NCBI RefSeq assembly: GCF_963921235.1
Contig: NC_086108.1
Span: 3,224,001-3,288,000 of the forward strand
From: Mobula hypostoma
Taxonomy: Eukaryota
Length of the DNA stretch: 64,000 bases
Direction of reading: 5' to 3'
The notes under the pieces are model-generated. The model saw only the letters and a list, made by a program, of their open reading frames with translations. It ran no database searches and was not told the origin of the DNA. Positions 25,811 to 39,386 of the stretch are shown here, one piece after another (the stretch's first letter is position 1; each line of letters begins with the position of its first letter). The position numbers were made by a program, and so were the translations under genes.

Positions 25811-27660
25811 AGCTTTTATAGATATGTGAAAAGGAAAAGACTGGTAAAGACAAATGTAGGTCCCCTACAGACGGAAACAGGTGAATTGATTATGGGGAGC
25901 AAGGACATGGCAGACCAAATGAATAATTACTTTGGTTCTGTCTTCACTAAGGAGGACATAAATAATCTTACAGAAATTGTAGGGGACAGAGGGTCCAGTG
26001 AGATGGAGGAACTGAGCGAAATACAGGTTAGTACAGAAGTGGTGTTAGGTAAATTGAAGGGATTAAAGGCAGATAAATCCCCAGGGGCAGATGGTCTGCA
26101 TCCCAGAGTGCTTAAGGAAGTAGCCCAAGAAATAGTGGATGCATTAGTGATAATTTTTCAAAACTCGTTAGATTCTGGACTAGTTCCTGAGGATTGGAGG
26201 GTGGCTAATGTAACCCCACTTTTTAAAAAAGGAGGGAGAGAGAAACCGGGGAATTATAGACCGGTTAGCCTAACATTGGTGGTGGGGAAACTGCTGGAGT
26301 CAGTTATCAAAGATGTGATAACAGCACAATTGGAAAGCGGTGAAATCATCGGACAAAGTCAGCATGGATTTGTGAAAGGAAAATCATGTCTGACGAATCT
26401 CATAGAATTTTTTGAGGATGTAACTAGTAGAGTGGATATGGGAGAACCAGTGGATGTGGTATATTTGGATTTTCAAAAGGCTTTTGACAAGGTCCCACAC
26501 AGAAGATTAGTGTGCAAACTTAAAGCACACGGTACTGGGGGTAAGGTATTGATGTGGATAGAGAATTGGTTGGCAGACAGGAAGCAAAGAGTGGGAATAA
26601 ACGGGACCTTTTCAGAATGGCAGGCAGTGACTAGTGGGGTACCGCAAGGCTCAGTGCTGGGACCCCAGTTGTTTACAATGTATATTAATGACTTGGATGA
26701 GGGAATTAAATGCAGCATCTCCAAGTTTGCGGATGACACGAAGCTGGGTGGCAGTGTTAGCTGTGAGGAGGATGCTAAGCGGATGCAGGGTGACTTGGAT
26801 AGGTTAGGTGAGTGGGAAAATTCATGGCAGATGCAACTTAATGTGGATAAATGTGAAGTTATCCACTTTGGTGGCAAAAACAGGAAAGCAGATTATTATC
26901 TGAATGGTGGCCGATTAGGAAAAGGGGAGGTGCAACGAGACCTGGGTGTCATTATACACCAGTCATTGAAAGTGGGCATGCAGGTACAGCAGGCGGTGAA
27001 AAAGGCGAATGGTATGCTGGCATTTATAGTGAGAGGATTCGAGTACAGGAGCAGGGAGGTACTACTGCAGTTGTACAAGGCCTTGGTGAGACCACACCTG
27101 GAGTATTGTGTGCAGTTTTGGTCCCCTAATCTGAGGAAAGACATCCTTGCCTTAGAGGGAGTACAAAGAAGGTTCACCAGATTGATTCCTGGGATGGCAG
27201 GACTTTCATATGAAGAAAGACTGGATGAACTGGGCTTGTACTCGTTGGAATTTAGAAGATTGAGGGGGGATCTGATTGAAACATATAAAATCCTAAAGGG
27301 ATTGGACAGGCTAGATGCAGGAAGATTATTCCCGATGTTGGGGAAGTCCAGAACGAGGGGCCACAGTTTGAGGATAGAGGGGAAGCCTTTTAGGACCGAG
27401 ATTAGGAAAAACTTCTTCACACAGAGAGTGGTGAATCTGTGGAATTCTCTGCCACAGGAAACAGTTGAGGCCAGTTCATTGGCTATATTTAAGAGGGAGT
27501 TAGATATGGCCCTTGTGGCTAAAGGGATCAGGGGGTATGGAGGGAAGGCTGGTACAGGGTTCTGAGTTGGATGATCAGCCATGATCGTACTGAATGGCGG
27601 TGCAGGCTCGAAGGGCCGAATGGCCTACTCCTGCACCTATTTTCCATGTTTCTCTGTTTA
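25810..27660 (+). mobile_element. Young 5'-truncated CR1 LINE with uninterrupted 579-aa RT ORF
   Basis: ORF 25826-27565 contains NYRPVSLT, QHGFVKGKSCLTNL, YLDFQKAFDKV, SGVPQGSVLGP, FADDTK and RPHLEYCVQFWSP, followed by the CR1 3' UTR (gggccgaatggcctactcctgc) and a tgtttct tail. Confidence 0.95.
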
Positions 27661-29365
27661 TTAGACACAGGTTCACTTGCTACGTGCCGTGTCGTATGAT
27701 GCAGCCGATCATGGTCGTTCCATGACCACGATTGTTCTTGGCAAGTTTTTCTACAGAAGTGGTTTGCCATTGTCTTCTGGGCAGTGTCTTTACAAGAGGG
27801 GTGACCCCCCCCCAACCCATTATCAATACTCTTCAGAGATTGTCTGCCTGGTGTCAGTGGTCGCATAACTAGGAATTGTGATATGCCCTGGCTGCTCGTA
27901 CGACCATCCAGCACCTGCTCCCATGGCTTCACATGACCCTGATCGGTGAGCGGGGTGCGGCTAGACAGGTGCTACACCTTGCCCAAGGGTGTCCTGCAGA
28001 CTAGCGGGGGGAAGGAGTGTCTTACACCTCCTTTGGTAGAGACGTATCTCCACCCCACCACCCACCAGGCAGTACCAATAAATTGGCCACTGAGTGTATT
28101 TATCAAATGCAGTGAAATGCGTATCTATGTTAACAACCAACGCACCCAAAGGTGTGCCGGAGGGCAGCCCACAAGCAGGATTCAGCAGGACAACAAAACC
28201 AACAGACAGGGAGTGTGTGTGGGGGCGAGATGGAAAGGAGAAGGGGGAGGAAGGGATGAATGGGAAGGAATAGGGAAAGTTTTATTTATTTCCTCATTTA
28301 TTTATTTTTCTGAGGATGTAGGAAGGGTCATTTGGCACATTAAGACTATGCTAGCCTTCAGAGCAATTCTACCACCTCATTATTTCTTTCCTAAATTTCA
28401 TATAATATAGGAGGAGGCCAGGGTAGTACGATATGGTGAGCAAACTCTCCCTCTCCACATATCCAAAGGAATGGCAGAGACTGGTTCAGTTTGCATCAGT
28501 AGCATTGCAAGAGTTGCCAGTCGGCATTGAACTCAACGTAGGACTTTCTTAGCGACTCAGCTCCGGATTTTTCCTTCGGGGTTTACTCCCGAAGCCTTCC
28601 CCGTGAGTGGGTATAACAGCAAGGCAGTGGAGGCTGGAGATCTAAGTTTTCCTTCCCCTAGATGAGCTGCGTACCGTGGCTGACGAGCCTCTGTCACCTG
28701 AAACAACTGGTTGTAAGACACCAGTAGCCGCCTTTGCCCCTTCTCTCAGTAGAAATGGCTCCATCAGGCTCAGTAGCTAAGCCAGACATCAAGGCCAGGA
28801 ACTGGACTTGGTTGTCAGAGGCTACTTGAGGCGCACACCACTGGGAGCTTACCTATTCCCTCCCCCGGCTACAAAAACCTTAAGGCACTATCGACACTAA
28901 CTTGAGAGCAATCCCATTGATCAAACCCTTCCATTTATTTCTGAAGTAACCTGTCATCAGCTGTCCGCAGCCTCCTCCACTCACCATCACTCAGGGACAA
29001 GCTATAGAGGGCAATAAACTTGCTTACCCCAATGTCATAGAACACAGAACAGGAACAGGCCACTCAGCCCACTATGTTGTGCAAACCAAAACACACACTA
29101 ATCCCTAGATAAAACACCCAAACACCAATCCCTCCTCCCTACACCATGTCCATATCCCTCCATCTTCCGCACATCCATGTGTCTATCCAAACGTCTCTTA
29201 AAAGCCCCTAATGTATTTGCCTCTATCACCATACCAGGCAGCGCATTCCAGGCATCCACCACTCTGAGTAAAAAACTTACCCCTCACATCACCCTTCAAC
29301 CTATCCCCCCCCTCACCTTCAATGCATGCCCTCTGGTATTAGACATTTCAATCCTAGGAAACAGA

Positions 29366-29720
29366 TATAAAAGCATGCAGACATGGTCAAGGGTTTCAAA
29401 TCAAACATCAGAATGGGGAAGAAATATGATCTAAATAGCTTTGACTGTGGAACGTTGTTGGTGCCAGAAGGGGTGGTTTGAGTATCTCAGAAACTGCTGA
29501 TCTCCTGTGATCTTCACCCACAACAGTCCAGAGGTTACAGAGAATGGTGCGGGAATTACAACTAATATTCAGTGAGCTGCAGTTCACCTTGTTAATGGGA
29601 GAGGTCAGAGGAGAATGGCCAGACTGGTTCCAGCTGACAGGGAGGAACTGTAACCCAAATAACCATGTGTTACAATAATGAAGTGCAGAAGAACATCTTT
29701 GAATTCACAACACCTCGAAG
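29366..29720 (+). mobile_element. Tc1/mariner relic
   Basis: Same family as the 24256 element (GARRGGLSISETADLL). Confidence 0.75.
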
Positions 29721-29909
29721 TGATGGATCTTAATTAGTGTCCAAGGTTACGGAGGGAATGCAGGAGGTGGGGTTGAGAGGGAAAATAAATCAGCCAGGAT
29801 TGAACGATGGCGATGACTCAATGGGCCCAATACTGCAATTCTGCTCCTATATCTTGTGGTCAGCATTCCCTCTGATTTATTTATGTTTGCACAGACCAAC
29901 CATTGATCT

Positions 29910-30430
29910 ATTGAGGGGGTGCAGCCTAGGTTCACAAGGTTAATTCCCGGGATGTTGGGACTGTAATATGTTGAAAGATTGGAGCGACTGGGCTTGTATA
30001 CTCTGGAATTTAGAAGGCTGAGAGGGGATCTTATTCAAACATATAAGATTATTAAGGGATTGGACACGCTGCAGGCAGGAAGCATGTTCCCGCCGATGGG
30101 TGAGTCCAGACCCAGAGGCCACAGTTTAAGAATTAGAGGTAGGCTGGTAGGCCATTTAGAACGGAGTTGAGGAAAAACTTTTTCACCCAGAGAGTTGTGG
30201 ATGTACAGAATGCTCTGCCCCAGAAGGCTGTGGAGGCCAAGTCTCTGGATGCTTTCAAAAAAGAGATGGATAGAGCTCTTAAAGATACTGGAATCAAAGG
30301 TTATGGGGATAAGGCAGGAACTGGATACTGATTGTAGATGATCAGCCATGATCACAGTGAATGGTGGTGCTGGCTTGAAGGGCCGAATGGCCTACTCCTG
30401 CACCTATTGTCTATTGTTTATTGTCTATAA
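29910..30430 (+). mobile_element. CR1 3' fragment
   Basis: ERLGLYTLEFRRLRGDLIQTYKIIKG plus the CR1 3' UTR. Confidence 0.9.
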
Positions 30431-30828
30431 GTAGGGAATTGTTACACAGCCAGAAAAGTGCAGGGCACTTTACATTTCTTTTATTTAAAATATGCATATT
30501 ATGAATATTTATAATGAAAATTAAAAAATCACATACTTTTGATTGTATTTATTAATTAAAGGGTATAATCAAGTTCAGTATGTAAAGAGAATCACAAGTC
30601 GACAAAAGAAAATTCCAGCATTTGCAGCAACAGAGGCTATGTGCATAGGAGTATTTCAGTTACTGCGTGGCCGCGCAGAGGGAGGAGTGCCAGTCAGAGA
30701 GAAGGTGTAGCGCTGTGTGTTTATGAGGGTGACCCACTCCTGCCTCTGAGTTTAACAGCCTCCCATGCACACTATTTCTGTAGTTCCTTCGGGAAAGCTG
30801 ATGGAAGTAGTTGTGGAGAGAGGTTTAC

Positions 30829-30937
30829 CTGAGCAATTCTCCTTGATGATAAAATCCTCTGTTTCACAGGCCCCCTGTTCCGTACGGACTGTCAGGATCT
30901 TATTTCTTCCGCAATTATTACTCCAAACCAAAAATGC
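30829..30937 (-). CDS. RIN-family gene exon (SH2 core)
   Basis: Acceptor taattccag and donor GTAAAC; 109 bp, phase 0 to 1. Encodes AFLVWSNNCGRNKILTVRTEQGACETEDFIIKENCS, similar to RIN2 IFLVH...KVLSLRL...EFAIKES. Phase-compatible with both flanking exons. Confidence 0.88.
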
Positions 30938-31891
30938 CTGGAATTACAGAGAATCTGAATCAGAATCAGGTTTAATATTGCCGACATATCTTGTGAAATT
31001 TGTTAACTTGATGGAATGAAGTACATGACAAATAAATATAGAGAAAAAAACTGAGGAAAATAAAGTAGTGAGGAGATATTCCTGGGTTCAATGCCGTTTA
31101 GAAATCAAATGGCAGAGGGGAAAGGACCAGCTTCTGTACCTCGAACTCTGATTCTTGTATTAAAATTATTTATAATGGGGATTCATTTTCAGTTTCCCAA
31201 GATTTAACAAATTGTTATTGTAATGGAGACCTGCTATAATGGCACATAGCACAGCGCTTTACAGTACCGGTGATCCAGGTTCAATTCCCACTGCTGCCTG
31301 TAAGTTCTCCCCGTGACTGTGTGAGTTTACTCCTGGTGCCCCAATTTCCTCTCACAGTCTACAGACGTACTAATAGGTAGGTTAATTGGCCATTGTAAAT
31401 TGTCCCATGATTAGGCAAGAATTAGGAGATTGCTAGACGGCGCAGCTCGAAGGGCCAGAAGGGCTGGGAGGGCTTATTCTGCCTGTATCTCAATAAATAA
31501 ATAAATGAACAGACAAGGATACATCTATCCCAAAGCGGAGATACGAAGGATACCCTGTGGGATGGCTTCTCTTGGCTTCACTTACCCCTCAATATATGTA
31601 TTTTGGTTGCACTGAGTTGTTCTCCAATCTTGGTAATTTACTTGCAAATGTTTTGTCACCTTACGAGGAGACATTGACAGCATGCTGGTGTGTCCCCCAA
31701 ATACTTGGCCTTCATACACTTTTCAATCTGTTGATTCTATGTCATTTCAGAAACTGGGTTGTGCTGTGGGGAGGAAATCTCATTGCTGATTGGTTGTGTG
31801 GTGAACTTCGTGTGTTGTGGTGTTCCCTACGTCACAACTGAATTTCTGAAATGACGGCCAATCCGCTGATTGATAAGTATATAAAGGCCAA

Positions 31892-32628
31892 GGAGAGATT
31901 ATCTAAAATATTCCCTAACGTTGATAGTTATTGTGATAGAGGTAAAACCGAGACAGCTACACTAACACACGTGTTTTGGTCTTATTCTATACTGGAACAG
32001 TTCTGGAAGTCAGTTTTTTTGACAATTTCTAAAGCACTTAAAATTCATTTACAACCTAACAAATTAACTGTGCTTTTTGGAATAATTCCTCAAAATATCT
32101 GTGGTATCTCTGTGTCTGACCAACATGTTATTGCATTTGTTACATTGATAGCTAGGAGGGTCATTTTGTTGAAGTGGAAGGATACATCAGCTCCCACTTT
32201 GTCACAATGGTTCTCTCAAGTGATGCTATGTCTTAGTGTGGAGAAAATTAGAGGTCGAACCTTTGAACCTATGTTTGATTTTGAGAAAAGATGGGGTTCA
32301 TTTGCTCGTTATTATCATTTGAGTTAATTGATAGATTTCCTTCACGATCTAACTGTAAATTTCTGGTGTATTTTTTTTCTTGCTGGCGGTTTGATGTTTA
32401 ACTTTAGAAACTTTTTGTATGACGCATGGCTCCGAGGTTGAACACCTAATGGGGTTTTTTCCCCAATTTTTCTTGCTTAGTAGGGTTTTTGTTATCACCA
32501 CAATTTTTTCAATCTTTAAAATAATGTTTTTTTTCTTGAGGCATTGTAAGTGTTGCCTACTTCGATGTACTCATGGTAATTTTGGATAATAATAATAAAA
32601 AGATTTGAAAAGGAAGAAAAGAAAGAAA
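31892..32628 (+). mobile_element. 5'-truncated L1-clade LINE (ORF2 C-terminal Cys-rich region, 3' UTR, A-rich tail), 20-bp TSD
   Basis: Encodes RLSKIFP...CDR...TLTHVFW...FW...ARRVILLKWK...P...W...FEKRW; AATAAA and an A-rich tail follow. TSD gataagtatataaaggccaa at 31872-31891 and 32629-32648. Confidence 0.9.
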
Positions 32629-34324
32629 GATAAGTATATAAAGGCCAAATATTTGGAGGACACACCACAATCAACAGCGCACTGATGGTGTCTCCTCGTA
32701 CGGTGATAAAGCGTTTGCAAGTAAATTGTCAAGACTGGAGAACATGTGAACCCAATCATCAATCACCTCAGCTACAATTTTTCCAAATAATATTTATTTT
32801 ATTTTCTATTCAGAGATGCAGCCACCCAATTACAGCCATATGGCCATTTAACCTGCTAACCAGTACATCTTTGGACTGTGGGAGGAAACCAGAGCACCCG
32901 GAGGAAACCCACGCGGTCACGGGGAGACCATACAAACTCCTCACAGGCAGGGAACCCGGGTCACTGGTGTAATAGCGTAACGCTGACTGATACGCTACCA
33001 TACTGCCCCTGCACCATATTGCTAAAATATGTCAAGTACGCTCTCTTCTCCCCTCCCTCCCACTGGACAGAAGATACAGAAGCCTGGAAGCTTGTAGGAC
33101 AGCTGAAGGACAGCTGTACGATGACTGAATGGAACTCCTGTACAATAAGATGGACTCCTGACCTGACAATTTAACGCATAGTAAACTTACACCTTATTGT
33201 CTGACTGTACTTTCTATAACTGCGACACCTTAATCTGCATTCTTTATTGCTTTCTAGTTCCTTAAGGTCGTTGTAGCTGGGGATGGTAATGGGGACAGAC
33301 TCCCACTACCTGTTAAATGCTCCTAATGGTGTGCAACTCGGATAGCCTCTGACAACCAAGGCCAGCTCCTGGCCTTCACATGTGGCTTAGCTACTAAGTC
33401 TGGCGGAACCGTCTCTACCGACAGGAGGAGGGGCAAAGGTGGGTTACTGGCTCCTTCAAACCAGTCACTTTGGGCAGATGGAGCTCATCATCGAGGAGAA
33501 GGAAAACTCTGCTGCCTTGTGGTTATACCCACTCATGGGGAAGGCTTCAGGAGTGAACCCTGGGTGAAAAATCTGGAGCTGGAGTCCCTAAGGCAGTCCT
33601 GTGCTGAGTTCAGCATTGACTGGCAACTCCTGCGATGCTGCTGGTGCCAAGCTGTTCCTTTGGATTCATCAGCTGCGTGGAGAGGGGGCGCCTCCTACAC
33701 GGGCAACAGCTCGCTCTCCATATCGTACTGCGCTGGCTTGTGTACCTAGACAGCTGGGACACAACGTCCATGGCCAACCCAGACCAATGGAGGCCTACTA
33801 TTGCTTTCTATGATCTCTCCCTGATATCTACTGACCTTCTCACTGAGACACTCCTTAAACCTTCCACACAGCATAGAAATATATCCCAGAATGTAATCAA
33901 AGGGGTCATTTGGAGAACCAGCAGAGATCTGATGGACCAAAGGGTCTTGGCGATAAGAAAATGTGGAAAAGAATCAGGTGCCAAAGGTTTGAGATAATTG
34001 GTAGTAGGATGAGAGGGGAGAGGGGGCTGTCAGTCGTAACCCAGAGGGTGGTGAGAGACTGGGACTCTCGGCCTGAAGGAGAGTTGGAGGTAGGAAACCT
34101 CTCCATACTTAGAGTACTGGACGTGGATTGGGGAGCCATGATCTATAGGACTATGGGCCCTGGTTTGGAAGGTGGGATTAGGCTAGCTGACTTTTACTTT
34201 CTTCCAGTGAGAACACAAATAAGACCATAAGACAAAGGAACAGAATTAGGCCAGTCGGCCCATCGAGTCTGCTCCACCATTCCACCCCTCTCAGCCCTAT
34301 TCTGTGGCCTTCTTCCCATCGGGA

Positions 34325-34985
34325 GAAGATGGCGGCGTGACGACAGCGTGCGCGGCCTCTCCGGTGATGAATATCTTTTATCTGTCAAGTGGGGGACCGT
34401 GCACAATCCTTATTTGATGGAGACAGACATGAGTGCATAGCAGAACATCTGGAAAACTTCTGAAATGTCTGCTTTGCTACCGCTGCTACTGTGTAGTAAC
34501 TGGAATCTCTGGAGCTGAAGGCCTCGAAATCCTCGGCTTTGTGTGTTTCAGCCGCCGGGAGAGGTCAAAGGCACTCAGCAGAGGATGGCGCTTGGGAGGC
34601 TGTATCAGAGCGGCTGGTCGGAAGCTCGGAGTTTTCGGACGGATGGACTCAGGGTCGGCTGTGGTCGGCTGCTTCCAAGGTATCGGCAAGTTGACGGTGC
34701 CTGGAGGTTTATGGCAGGGAGTTTCTCCCTTTTGCCGCCTGCTATCAGGGACTCGGGAGTCGATCGACTCGGGGACTTTGAGATTATTTTTTTTTACTGT
34801 GCCTATGGGCTGTTCTTCATCAAATTATGGTATTGCTTTGCACTGCTGTAACTATATGTTATAATTATGTGGTTCTGTCAGTGTTAGTCTTTGGTCTGTC
34901 TTGTTTTCTGTGATATCACTCCGGAGAAACATTGTATCATTTCTTAATGACAATAAAAGAGGACTGAGTGTTCTCATAATCTAAT
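34325..34985 (+). mobile_element. Non-autonomous LINE-like element (AAGATGGCG head, (ctaat)n tail)
   Basis: A second copy in the opposite orientation at about 62265-62920 shares the head, body and tail; no recognisable protein. Confidence 0.75.
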
Positions 34986-35849
34986 AACCTTTGAAGCCCT
35001 TCCTAACAAAGAACCCATCCTATATATTAATATTATGAATTTATATTTATTGTGTTCATTTTGATTAATGTGTTTTTTATGGTGCATTAGATCCAGCCTA
35101 ACAATCATTTCATTCTTCTTTACACTTGAGTATTGAGGAATGACGATAAACAATCTTGAATCCAGAATCTATCGACCTCCACTTACCAATCAAGAACCTA
35201 TCAGCCTCCGCCTTAAATGCACACGGTGATTTGGCCTTCACAGCCCTCTCCAGCAACAAATGCCACAGATTCACCATCCTCTGACTAAAGAAATTCTTCC
35301 CCATCTCTGTTCTAAAGGGACATGCTTGTATTCTGAGGCTGTGCCCTCTGGTCCCAGTCTCTCCCGCTACTGGAAATATCACCCACCATCCAGGCCACAT
35401 ATGCAGGAAAGGGTTCCGTCATTACGAGGGTTCCCACCCATCCTGCTCATGGACTGTTTGTCCCACTCCATCAGGGAGGAGGCTACATAGCATCAATGCC
35501 GGTAGCTCAAAAACAGTGACTTTCCCCAAGCAGTAAGGCTGATCGACACCTCCACCACTATTTCATTATGTACAGCCTAGTGTCACCTTATGGACACGCA
35601 ATCCATCTATGTATAGGAGCTTTCTAATGTATTTATATTTATTGTGTACTTGATTATTATTTAGTTCTTTATCTTTGTGTTTTTGTGCTGAATCGGATCC
35701 AGAGTGACAATAATTTTGTTCTTACACTTGTGTACAGGAAATGACATTAAACGATCTTGAATCTATTGGAAACATTCTGTTTATGTTCACAGTCAACATC
35801 CACGAGCCGGGGATTTTGTGAATGAGTCGAGATGCTCTCTCTCACTTAC

Positions 35850-36048
35850 CCCTGGGGGCTGCCTTCTGAGAATTTCGCTGACCTGCTCCGGCTCGACTCC
35901 AAGCTGCAGCCAGACTTGGTGGGACAACGAAAGCTTGTCAAAGAGGGTGAGCTTGTCTCGGGACAGCAACTTGCTCTGATCTTCTTCCTCCTCCTCCCAG
36001 GAACTCTGATATCCTCCATTGCACAGTTGCTTCCGGGGGCTGTGGGGA
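35850..36048 (-). CDS. RIN-family gene exon (N-terminal region and start of SH2)
   Basis: Acceptor ttatttcag and donor GTAAGT; 199 bp, phase 2 to 0. Encodes (S)PHSPRKQLCNGGYQSSWEEEEEDQSKLLSRDKLTLFDKLSLSHQVWLQLGVEPEQVSEILRRQPPG, similar to RIN2 SILDRLLHTHPIWLQL...EVLQAQPPG. Confidence 0.9.
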
Positions 36049-36069
36049 CTGAAATAACATTAGATTATG

Positions 36070-36645
36070 GTATGTTGGTCTGTGACCTCTACTGCCATGA
36101 TGAGGACAGTCTCGCATTGGAGGAGCACTGCCTTATGTTTTGCCTGGGTAGCATCCAACCTGGTCACATGAACGTCGATTTCTCTAACTTCTGATCATTT
36201 TCCCCCTCTTCTTCTTCTCTTTCTTCATTTCCCATTCTGGCACCCCCTTACTCTTTCTCTTCTCCTCATTTACCCTTCGCATCCCGCTAGTCCCCCTTCT
36301 CCTTCCCTTTCTCTCATGGTCCACTCTCTTCTCCTATCAGATTCCTTCTTCTTCAGCTCTTTACCTTTTCCACCAATCACCTCCCAGCTTCTCACTTCAT
36401 CACCCCTCCCCCACCCACCCACCTTCCCCCTGAACTGATTTCACCTATCACCTTCTAACTAGTACTCCCCCCCACCTTCTTAATCTGGCGTCTGCCCCCT
36501 TCTTTTCCAGTCCTGATGATGGATCTCAGCCTGAAACATCGACTGTTTATTCCTCTCCACTGAAGCTGCCTAACTTGCTGAGTTTCTACCGCAGTTCATG
36601 AGTGTTACTCTGATTTCCAGTATCTGCTGAATCTCTCATATTGGT
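36070..36645 (+). mobile_element. Penelope-like element 3' fragment
   Basis: Same family; hammerhead-like cagtcctgatgatggatctcagcctgaaacatcgactg at 36508-36545. Confidence 0.8.
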
Positions 36646-37294
36646 GATCCGATTACAACAAGTTACCAGGGTGCAGGCCAGGCTTCCCATCCTCTAGGTG
36701 AAAGAACTGAAGGCATGGTGGTCTGGTTTGCAGACCATACCAAGATAGGCGGAGGGACTGGAGTGTCACGGAGACAGGGAGTCTGCAGAATGTCTTGGAC
36801 ATATTAGGAGCATGGGAAAACGTGGCAGATGGAATATGGTGCTGGGTGATGCCATATTTGTAGAAAGAATAATGGTGTAGACTATTTTCTAAGCAGGGAG
36901 GGAATTCAGAAATCAGAGGTACAATGGGAGTTGCAGGACGTTTCGGTAGTGAGGAAGGCAAATGCAATATTAGCATTCGTTTTGAGAGGACTAGAAAAAG
37001 CAAGGACATACTGCTGAAGCTTTACAAGGTGGCGGTGAGACCATATTGGGAATTTTGTGAGCATTTTGGGACCCATATTTCAGTGATGGAGGTGTGTCTG
37101 TACCAAAGGAGTTGTAAGGCGCTCCTTCCCTCCGCTAGCCTGCAGGTCACCCTTGGGCAGGGTGTAGCACCTGCTTAGCCCCCCGATCAGGGTCACGTGA
37201 AGCTAAGGGAGCAGGCGGTGGATGGTCGCACGAGCAGCTGATGCGTGTCACAAGTCCTGGTTATACTGATTCCAGGCAGACAATCTCCGAAGAG

Positions 37295-37590
37295 TCTCTG
37301 GTCCTCACCCTCAACAGTTTCTCCTCCACTCCTCCCACTTCCTTCAAACCCAAGGTGTAGCCATGGTCGCTTGCACTGGTCCCAGTAATGCCTGCCTTTT
37401 CATCGGCTACTTGGCCAGACCGTGTTCCAAGCCACTCTGCAACTCCACACTGACAACTGCATTGGTGCTGCTTCACGCACCCGTGTGAGCTCATCACCTT
37501 CATCAACTTTGCCTCCAACTTCCACCCTGCCCCCAGATACACTTGGACCATTTCTGACACCTCTCTCCCTTTCCTCAATCTCTCTGACAT
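37295..37590 (+). pseudogene. Penelope-like reverse transcriptase fragment
   Basis: Frameshifted translation gives LVLTLNSF...HFLQTQGVAM...ACLFIGY...(TDN)CIGAAS...FINFASNFHPA...TWTISDTSLPFL, the PLE RT core motifs. Confidence 0.75.
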
Positions 37591-39157
37591 GCTGTTACTG
37601 CACCGTATTGCTGAAATGCATCGAGCATTCTCTCTTCTCACCCTTCCACTGGGCAGAAGATTCAGAAGCCTCAAAGCATGTACCACCCAGCTGAAGGACA
37701 GTTTCTTTCTCGCTGTTATAAGGCTACTGAATGGACCTCCTGTACGAAAAGATGGACTCTTGACCTCACAATTTACCTCGTTATAACCTTGCACCTTATT
37801 GTCTGACTGCACTTTCTCTGTAACTGCAACACCTTATTCTGCATTCTTTATTGCTTTCTAGTTCCTTGAGTTTGTTACGTATGATGTGGGTGATCGTGGT
37901 CTTTTCATGACCATGATTGCTCTTGGCAAATTTTTCTACAGAAGTGGTTTGCCATTGCCTTCTTCTGGGCAGTGTCTTTACAAGACGGGTGACCCCAGCC
38001 ACTGTCAATACTCTTCAGAGATGGTCTGCCTGGTGTCAGTGGTCACATAACCAGGACTTGTGATCTGCACCAGCTGCTCATACCATCCCATGGCTTCAGG
38101 TGACCCTGATCGGGGGGTGGGGGAGGTGATTGCAGCTGAGCAGTTGTCACACCTTGCTCAAGGGTGACCTGCAGGCTAGCGGAGGGAAGGAGCACATCAT
38201 ACCTCCTTAGGTAGAGACACATCTCCACCCCTCCAAGCACAAAATATTTGCTTCATTTCTAACATCGCTTGTGTTGCCAGAGTAGCGTCACAGTTAGCAT
38301 GACCAATTACAACTCAGTATGTCAGAGTTCAGAGTTCAATCCCACTGTAAGCAACTTTGTACATCCTTCCTGTGACCGTGTGGGTTTCCTCTGGGTGCTC
38401 TGGTTTCGTCCCACAGTACAAAGGCGTACCAGTTGGTAGGTTAGTGGGTCATTATAAGTTGACCTGTGATTAGACTAGGGTTAACCTGATGGGTTGCTAG
38501 GTGACAGGGTGCAGTAGGCCAGAAGAGTCTGTAAATCAGAAGCTCCCAACCTTTTTTATGCCATGGACCAATACCATTAAGCAAGGGGACCATGGACCCA
38601 AGGTTGGGTATACTGCCCCCAGCTCTAAATAAATAGATAATTCACAGCAAAACCTCATTGAATGTGAGGTGCATTTGGATGTTTTGCAGTGGATATAGAA
38701 GGTGCTATAGAAATTCAGGATCCCCCGTGCATTCCCCCTTCAATGGAGTCCAATGGGCTGGACTAATGGCCTCCTTGGCATGGTTCAGGAGGTGTGTCAC
38801 GGCTGAAATGAACGTTGAACAGGATGGATGCACTGAACAGTCTATTTCAAGCAACACACACAAATTGAAGACGAACTCAGCGGGCCAGGCAGCGTCTAAA
38901 ACAGTATAATTGATGTTTCGGGTCAAGACCCTTCATCAGGACTATTTCAGTCTTTATGCCGGGCTCCCATCGGACATGAGGTACAGAGGGCTGAAATTCC
39001 ACACCACTGGGTTCAGGAGCAGTTCCCTCCCTTCAATCATTCGGTTCTTGAACTGACCTGTGCAACTCTGGTTAGGCCACATGTGGAGTATTGCAAACAG
39101 CTGTGGTCACCCCACTATAGAAAGGATGTTCAGGCTTTGGAGAGGGTGCAGGAGAGG

Positions 39158-39386
39158 TGAAGCACCTTCAATAGTTCCAAAAGACTGAAGTAGGGTAAAT
39201 ACTGAAAGGCTTTTATTTGCAGTAAGACGTGACCTCCATGCTGAGTGTCTGCCCCTGGACTGAGGGGGAGGAGCAGGGCGAAATCGCCTTTATTCAGGGA
39301 GCTGTGGGAGGAGCCACAGGGGCAGTCAGCAGAGGGGCATGTCCAGACAGGTAACCCAGTTACACATATATATATGGTTTATCACA
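39158..39386 (-). mobile_element. Solo LTR (229 bp, TG...CA) with 5-bp TSD
   Basis: agagg at 39153-39157 and 39387-39391 flanks TG...CA inside a CR1 coding fragment; two AATAAA motifs on the minus strand. Confidence 0.75.

Noticed and set aside
26473..27582. Antisense ORFs over the CR1 RT
   Set aside because: Shadow frames of the LINE coding strand.
38650..38793. Acceptor-preceded unique segment as a RIN exon
   Set aside because: The phase-compatible frame hits TAG after 12 codons and the donor is weak.
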